Below, in pieces: positions 61,501-64,000 of a stretch of DNA of 64,000 nt (positions within the stretch are counted from its first letter, which is position 1; every line of letters starts with the position of its first letter). The stretch is taken from NCBI GenBank assembly GCA_036172245.1, contig JAYWIR010000028.1, positions 1,240,001-1,304,000 on the forward strand, given 5' to 3'. The position numbers and the translations under genes were made by a program. Origin of the DNA: Raillietiella orientalis. Taxonomy: Eukaryota. A model generated the notes under the pieces. It was given only the letters and a program-made list of their open reading frames with translations. It did no database searches and was not told the DNA's origin.

Positions 61501-63650
61501 AGCAAGAGAGTTTCCGGGATTTTTCTTTCCGATACTTCTCGGGAGCTCCGCAGGGAAAACACGGAGGGGTCCACCCGTCCACGGACACCAAAGGCTAACG
61601 GTCGCAGGCGGCTTCGGCGCCGTCGCGGTAACAGGGAAGGGCGGGGTCACTCCAGAAGCCACGCCCAACACACAGGGAGACTCCAGGAACGACTCGAAGC
61701 CTCTGCTCTTGAAACGGAATGTGGAATCGTTCCTTCGCTTTTTCCCGCCTTAGCGTCTCGTCTAGTCCGCTGACGAAGATCAAGGATGTCTGAGAATGTC
61801 GACCCGTTTCCCGGGAGGAACTCCATCCCGGCGAGAGACTCAGCGGTCACTCGAGGAGCCCCGTTCCGTGTCCAAGACCCTGATGGAAACGCGTACCACA
61901 ACCGGAGCTCTCACGAAAACCGGAGCTCGCAATCAGGTCACCAGCTGCAGATTCCACAGGTCACTGCAGGCAAGGATCGTCCCAGAGGCTATCCACTGCC
62001 GTGGTCTACGGAGAAAGGGCGCTTGCGCGTCTCGGCGATCTGCGGAGGAGGGATGGCATGCATCAGCTGCCAAGAAAGCGAAAGCGAAGAAGCGGATGCA
62101 GGAAGAAATCGGAAAGCGTCGATCCGCTGATCGCGCTTCCGCGCAGCCGCGAAGACCACCACCGCGACAGGAGGCAGGTGAGGTCTGAACGAGGTGAGAG
62201 GATCGTTCCGGCGACCTGTGCGAGCGCCGTGTGCCCCTGGCAACAATCCAAAGTGACAAAGGCTCGCAGGAGAGAAGGCTGACACGCTTCCTGAATTGGG
62301 GTTCACTCTCTCCTTTCTTCGCGCGGACTCTTGCGAGGACGTTTCAATTATGGATGAGATGTCAGTGGATGTCAGGCCGCGCAAAATAACCTCATTGTCG
62401 CCCCCCATGCACGAGGATCGCGTCGGGGAATTGGGAGGAACGACAACGAAAGCGGTAGGTGTGCTGCTGCTACTGCGAAATGAATCGCCACTTCCCTTCG
62501 TCGTGCCAGGAAATGAAGTGCACCTCTGGGGAACAATGCAAGGGGTTGTGGACTCTTGCGCCTGAAGGCGAAAGGGGTAAATTGGCCATTCTGGCAGTTA
62601 TAATTCACTCACCAAAGAAATCCCAGAGGTTCTATTACGGGGAGGACCTTTTTCGGGGACGGAACAGGATCTTCACTTATGTATGAGCCCACCGAGTGGC
62701 TTTTCCTATCGCGGAAGAACATTTCTCCGAAGACGCCCGGGAGGTCAGCCCCTTGTTGTGACTTGCGCTGGCACTCCCCGCGCCTCTCTCGCATGGCATC
62801 GATTTGAGTGAATTCCACAACAGTGACACGGCGCTTTCGATCTTTCAAGGCCGGAGTGCATCCCAGGCAACCCTCGCAGATCTTCGAAACCCAGATTTCC
62901 GATTTCCGAGGCTCCTCTTTTGTTTTTGGCTCGCCTGTTCTCCGGAATCGCCATGCAATAAGAGACCACCTGCCTGGTATGACGTGGGCAACAGACACGA
63001 GATGGTAACAGAATCCTTCGGTTGACAGCTATCTGTGTGTCCTCCGTCCTTCGTGCTGATGCTGGGGCGAGATTCGAATTCCTGTGTGCGATCGTTTCTT
63101 GGAGGATTTTGACACGTCTTCAAACGGACCAGGACAGAAATCCCCCGCCCTTCGCAGAAAGGGGGTTTCCAGTTAAGGCGAAAGGCATCGGTGCGCTCAT
63201 CGGGTGCTCGACGCAAAGGCCGACCTTTTCTCCTGGATGTGCCATTGGCTCGCCAAGAGCAGGAAGCATCCAACAACGAAGCCTTCCAGATGAACTCTTT
63301 CAGCCATCTTTCAGCTTTGTATCGCATCTCGTGAATGTCTGTTCGCAGGTGTGGAGCTGCACCGAAGTTGGTCGAAGACAAGATTCCCGCCGAAGAGATG
63401 AAAGGATTCAACTCGTTCTTCAAGAAGGAGACCCAACAGAGGTCCAAAAGCAGAGCACAGAAAATTCAACAGTCAGTTGGGCGGGAAGGTGTCTCGGGCG
63501 CTTATGTCTTCGGGCGCGCATCAAGCGAGTCAAAACTCTGGTCATCCATCTCGCTCATCTACCACGGTCATCCCCCTCCACCTCCTCTTGAGGGTTGTCG
63601 ACCACTAATGATGAGCAAACGGATCGCGGTTCCCATCATCTCCACGTGAG
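58600..63650 (+). mobile_element. Decayed Ty3/gypsy element (gag, RT, RNase H, integrase), RT split by a ~1.6 kb insertion (~59600-61180)
   Basis: Before the gap: PVAKRCFWRSAGRF (resembles V.K.DG.WR.CGDYR) and SKLETGF. After it: LSGRQRETFLR (resembles GL.NA..TFQR), GVLVSERAC, PSLKEAREFPG, WSTEKGRL, FRFPRL..WLAC..C.KR, ARFEFL and RCGAAPKLVEDK. Confidence 0.55.
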
Positions 63651-64000
63651 GAAGCGCATGAGCAGCCCACGCCTTGCCGTTCCAAGGAGGATCTCTTATT
63701 TGCCTGTTCCCGCACATCACAACGCCTCATTTGCAAGATGCTCCCTCTGATTACTGCGAACTGGGGGAGAGAAAGAAGTCGGAACGAAAGCCAAGGTTCC
63801 TCTGTTTGAACATCCTCTCCATCCCTCTTCCATTATTTTGCCCATGCCGGGGAAATCGTGGAGAAAATGCAATAAGCAAACGCACAGAGATCGGTTAGAG
63901 TTCCCCGTTTGCACGGAAGCTGCATCGAAAATTTGGCTGGTAGGGCAGCTGTGATCGAACTGGCGCCGTTCTGGGTGGAAAATTTAGTTTCCAAGAAGAT

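Noticed and set aside
1..64000. tRNA, rRNA or snRNA genes; prokaryotic operons or defence systems
   Set aside because: No cloverleaf, rRNA or U2/spliced-leader sequence recognised by eye (tRNAscan-SE and Infernal would be decisive); the gene architecture is intron-rich and eukaryotic.

Overview
Eukaryotic genomic DNA, most likely from an arthropod (short 48-66 nt GT-AG introns; proteins resemble the insect/crustacean forms). Two conserved animal genes face each other tail-to-tail. (1) A complete 14-exon DAAM formin on + (2553-10712, 1040 aa; GBD/FH3-coiled coil-FH1-FH2-DAD). (2) The 3' four coding exons of a Vsx/Chx10/ceh-10 homeobox gene on - (55857-40934; Q50 paired-like homeodomain, CVC domain, OAR motif); I could not find its 5' exon(s). 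A small spliced orphan ORF may lie head-to-head with DAAM (1154-499, -). The 30 kb between the genes and the large Vsx introns are packed with heavily decayed retroelement fossils (Ty3/gypsy, DIRS, Penelope-like, NeSL/Utopia/R2-type and RTE-type), recognised by eye from degenerate motifs; none has an intact ORF and their boundaries are approximate. I see no CRISPR array, rRNA, tRNA or prokaryote-type system, and nothing that establishes a new biological system. Best leads: a candidate internal first exon for an N-terminally truncated DAAM, an almost absent DAAM FH1, the same TGA-CGCAGGA stop context on both genes with open downstream frames, a frame-neutral Vsx micro-exon carrying the basic NLS-like arm, and possible ancient DAAM-Vsx linkage.
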